64,000 nt of DNA from Eledone cirrhosa (lineage: Eukaryota). The translations under genes were made by a program, and so were the position numbers. Under the pieces are notes generated by a model. It saw nothing but the letters and a program-made list of their open reading frames with translations. It searched no databases and was not told the origin of the DNA. Of the stretch, positions 60,001 to 64,000 are shown in pieces. Every line of letters begins with the position of its first letter. The stretch's first letter is position 1. The stretch lies in the NCBI GenBank assembly GCA_964016885.1, contig OZ024741.1, forward strand, positions 101,184,001-101,248,000, read 5' to 3'.

Positions 60001-63000
60001 TAATGGTGTTGTTGTTGTTGTTGTTGCTGGAGGGGGTATTGGAGTCACTGTTGTCAATAATGGTGTTGTTGTTGTTGTTGTTGCTGGAGGAGGTATTGGA
60101 GTCACTGTTGTCAGTAATGGTGTTGTTGTTGTTGTTGCTGGAGGGGGTATTGGAGTCACTGTTGTCAGTAATAGTGTTGTTGATGTTGTTGTTGTTGCTG
60201 GAGGGGGTATTGGAGTCACTGTTGTCAGTAATGGTGTTGTTGTTGTTGTTGCTGGAGGGGGTATTGGAGTCACTGTTGTCAGTAATGGTGTTGTTGTTGT
60301 TGTTGTTGCTGGAGGAGGTATTGGAGTCACTGTTGTCAGTAATGGTGTTGTTGTTGTTGTTGTTGCTGGAGGAGGTATTGGAGTCACTGTTGTCAGTAAT
60401 GGTGTTGTTGTTGTTGTTGTTGCTGGAGGGGGTATTGGAGTCACTGTTGTCAATAATGGTGTTGTTGTTGTTGTTGCTGGAGGGGGTATTGGAGTCACTG
60501 TTGTCAATAATGGTGTTGTTGTTGTTGTTGCTGGAGGGGGTATTGGAGTCACTGTTGTCAATAATGGTGTTGTTGTTGTTGTTGTTGCTGGAGAGGGTAT
60601 TGGAGTCACTGTTGTCAGTAATGGTGTTGTTGTTGTTGTTGCAGGAGGAGGTATTGGCGTCACTGTTGTCAGTAATGGTGTTGTTGTTGTTGTTGTTGTT
60701 GCTGGAGGAGGTATTGGAGTCACTGTTGTCAGTAATGGTGTTGTTGTTGTTGTTGCTGGAGGGGGTATTGGAGTCACTGTTGTCAATAATGGTGTTGTTG
60801 TTGTTGTTGCTGGAGGGGGTATTGGAGTCACTGTTGTCAATAATGGTGTTGTTGTTGTTGTTGCTGGAGGGGGTATTGGAGTCACTGTTGTCAATAATGG
60901 TGTTGTTGTTGTTGTTGTTGCTGGAGGGGGTATTGGAGTCACTGTTGTCAGTAATGGTGTTGTTGTTGTTGTTGTTGTTGCTGGAGGAGGTATTGGAGTC
61001 ACTGTTGTCAGTAATGGTGTTGTTGTTGTTGTTGCTGGAGGGGGTATTGGAGTCACTGTTGTCAATAATGGTGTTGTTGTTGTTGTTGCTGGAGGGGGTA
61101 TTGGAGTCACTGTTGTCAGTAATGGTGTTGTTGTTGTTGTTGTTGCTGGAGGGGGTATTGGAGTCACTGTTGTCAATAATGGTGTTGTTGTTGTTGTTGT
61201 TGCTGGAGGGGGTATTGGAGTCACTGTTGTCAGTAATGGTGTTGTTGTTGTTGTTGTTGTTGCTGGAGGAGGTATTGGAGTCACTGTTGTCAGTAATGGT
61301 GTTGTTGTTGTTGTTGCTGGAGGGGGTATTGGAGTCACTGTTGTCAATAATGGTGTTGTTGTTGTTGTTGCTGGAGGGGGTATTGGAGTCACTGTTGTCA
61401 ATAATGGTGTTGTTGTTGTTGTTGTTGCTGGAGGGGGTATTGGAGTCACTGTTGTCAATAATGGTGTTGTTGTTGTTGTTGTTGCTGGAGGGGGTATTGG
61501 AGTCACTGTTGTCAATAATGGTGTTGTTGTTGTTGTTGTTGCTGGAGGGGGTATTGGAGTCACTGTTGTCAGTAATGGTGTTGTTGTTGTTGTTGTTGCT
61601 GGAGGGGGTATTGGAGTCACTGTTGTCAATAATGGTGTTGTTGTTGTTGTTGTTGCTGGAGGGGGTATTGGAGTCACTGTTGTCAATAATGGTGTTGTTG
61701 TTGTTGTTGTTGCTGGAGGGGGTATTGGAGTCACTGTTGTCAGTAATGGTGTTGTTGTTGTTGTTGTTGCTGGAGGGGGTATTGGAGTCACTGTTGTCAA
61801 TAATGGTGTTGTTGTTGTTGTTGTTGCTGGAGGGGGTATTGGAGTCACTGTTGTCAATAATGGTGTTGTTGTTGTTGTTGTTGCTGGAGGGGGTATTGGA
61901 GTCACTGTTGTCAGTAATGGTGTTGTTGTTGTTGTTGTTGCTGGAGGGGGTATTGGAGTCACTCTTGTAAATAATGGTGTTGTTGTTGTTGTTGCTGGAG
62001 GGGGTATTGGAGTCACTGTTGTCAATAATGGTGTTGTTGTTGTTGTTGTTGCTGGAGGGGGTATTGGAGTCACTGTTGTCAATAATGGTGTTGTTTTTGT
62101 TGTTGTTGCTGGAGGGGGTATTGGAGTCACTGTTGTCAATAATGGTGTTGTTGTTGTTGTTGGTGCTGGAGGGGGTATTGGAGTCACTGTTGTCAATAAT
62201 GGTGTTGTTGTTGTTGTTGTTGCTGGAGGGGGTATTGGAGTCACTGTTGTCAGTAATGGTGTTGTTGTTGTTGTTGTTGCTGGAGGGGGTATTGGAGTCA
62301 CTGTTGTCAGTAATGGTGTTGTTGTTGTTGTTGCTGGAGGGGGTATTGGAGTCACTGTTGTCAGTAATGGTGTTGTTGTTGTTGTTGTTGCTGGAGGGGG
62401 TATTGGTGTCACTGTTGTCAGTAATGGTGTTGTTGTTGTTGTTGTTGCTGGAGGGGGTATTGGAGTCACTGTTGTCAGTAATGGTGTTGTTGTTGTTGTT
62501 GTTGGTGCTGGAGGGGGTATTGGAGTCACTGTTGTCAGTAATGGTGTTGTTGTTGTTGTTGTTGCTGGAGGGGGTATTGGAGTCACTGTTGTCAATAATG
62601 GTGTTGTTGTTGTTGTTGTTGCTGGAGGGGGTATTGGAGTCACTGTTGTCAATAATGGTGTTGTTTTTGTTGTTGTTGCTGGAGGGGGTATTGGAGTCAC
62701 TGTTGTCAATAATGGTGTTGTTGTTGTTGTTGCTGGAGGGGGTATTGGAGTCACTGTTGTCAGTAATGGTGTTGTTGTTGTTGTTGTTGGTGCTGGAGGG
62801 GGTATTGGAGTCACTGTTGTCAGTAATGGTGTTGTTGTTGTTGTTGTTGCTGGAGGGGGTATTGGAGTCACTGTTGTCAATAATGGTGTTGTTGTTGTTG
62901 TTGTTGCTGGAGGGGGTATTGGAGTCACTGTTGTCAATAATGGTGTTGTTGTTGTTGTTGCTGGAGGGGGTATTGGAGTCACTGTTGTCAGTAATGGTGT

Positions 63001-64000
63001 TGTTGTTGTTGTTGCTGGAGGGGGTATTGGAGTCACTGTTGTCAGTAATGGTGTTGTTGTTGTTGTTGTTGGTGCTGGAGGGGGTATTGGAGTCACTGTT
63101 GTCAGTAATGGTGTTGTTGTTGTTGTTGTTGCTGGAGGGGGTATTGGAGTCACTGTTGTCAATAATGGTGTTGTTGTTGTTGTTGTTGCTGGAGGGGGTA
63201 TTGGAGTCACTGTTGTCAATAATGGTGTTGTTTTTGTTGTTGTTGCTGGAGGGGGTATTGGAGTCACTGTTGTCAATAATGGTGTTGTTGTTGTTGTTGC
63301 TGGAGGGGGTATTGGAGTCACTGTTGTCAGTAATGGTGTTGTTGTTGTTGTTGCTGGAGGGGGTATTGGAGTCACTGTTGTCAATAATGGTGTTGTTTTT
63401 GTTGTTGCTGGAGGGGGTATTGGAGTCACTGTTGTCAGTAATGGTGTTGTTGTTGTTGTTGCTGGAGGGGGTATTGGAGTCACTGTTGTCAATAATGGTG
63501 TTGTTGTTGTTGTTGCTGGAGGAGGTATTGGAGTCACTGTTGTCAGTAATGGTGTTGTTGTTGTTGTTGTTGCTGGAGGGGGTATTGGAGTCACTGTTGT
63601 CAATAATGGTGTTGTTGTTGTTGTTGTTGGTGGAGGGGGTATTGGAGTCACTGTTGTCAGTAATGGTGTTGTTGATGTTGTTGTTGCTGGAGGGGGTATT
63701 GGAGTCACTGTTGTCAGTAATGGTGTTGTTGTTGTTGTTGTTGCTGGAGGGGGTATTGGAGTCACTGTTGTCAGTAATGGTGTTGTTGTTGTTGTTGTTG
63801 CTGGAGGGGGTATTGGAGTCACTGTTGTCAATAATGGTGTTGTTGTTGTTGTTGTTGCTGGAGGGGGTATTGGAGTCACTGTTGTCAATAATGGTGTTGT
63901 TGTTGTTGTTGTTGCTGGAGGAGGTATTGGAGTCACTGTTGTCAGTAATGGTGTTGTTGTTGTTGTTGTTGCTGGAGGAGGTATTGGAGTCACTGTTGTC
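42015..64000 (-). CDS. Putative giant mucin-like Thr/Pro-rich exon (unit TTVTPIPPPATTTT(T)nPLL), stop at 42015, 5' end outside the window; two single-base frameshifts at ~53183 and ~53524
   Basis: No stop in the T/P frame across ~7300 codons; length variants are whole codons; the commonest substitutions are synonymous in this frame (TTG/CTG, CCC/CCT). Confidence 0.55.
42078..64000. repeat. Giant tandem array of mostly 54/57-bp units: GCTGGAGG(G/A)GGTATTGGAGTCACTGTTGTCA(A/G)TAATGGT(GTT)n, roughly 390 copies, continuing past the window end
   Basis: Direct reading; copy number estimated as ~21.9 kb divided by ~56 bp. Confidence 0.99.

Noticed and set aside
42115-61970. Very long plus-strand ORFs (poly-Val/Gly and poly-Leu/Glu)
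   Set aside because: By-products of a triplet-structured repeat; interrupted by stop-creating variants; implausible composition
42078-64000. CRISPR-like or telomeric array
   Set aside because: No unique spacers (only GTT copy number varies), eukaryotic context, and not a telomere motif

Overview
AT-rich, repeat-dense animal genomic DNA; the SINE/RTE-LINE content and microsatellites suggest an octopod cephalopod (inference). There are three main parts. (1) 344-6380 is an intact, very young Ty3/Gypsy LTR retrotransposon with apparently identical 400-bp LTRs, a tRNA-Trp PBS and a gag/pol -1 frameshift site. Its U5 end has lost the terminal CA, and it is flanked by a ~294-bp host duplication instead of a short TSD. 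(2) 7629-23527 (minus strand) holds a spliced host gene that the ORF track shows only as scraps. Seven phase-compatible GT-AG exons encode at least 410 aa: an N-terminal Macro (ADP-ribose-binding) domain, one complete TIR domain retaining the catalytic-position Glu, and the start of a second TIR that runs off the left edge. This Macro-TIR-TIR fusion recalls the domain pairing of bacterial type II Thoeris anti-phage signalling and is the best candidate for an undescribed system. (3) 42015-64000+ is a >22-kb array of 54/57-bp units with a nearly uninterrupted minus-strand Thr/Pro mucin-type frame. The rest consists of SINEs, RTE/Tx1/RLE-type LINE fragments, Helitron-like elements, MITEs and hairpins. 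All calls were made by eye, without database searches.
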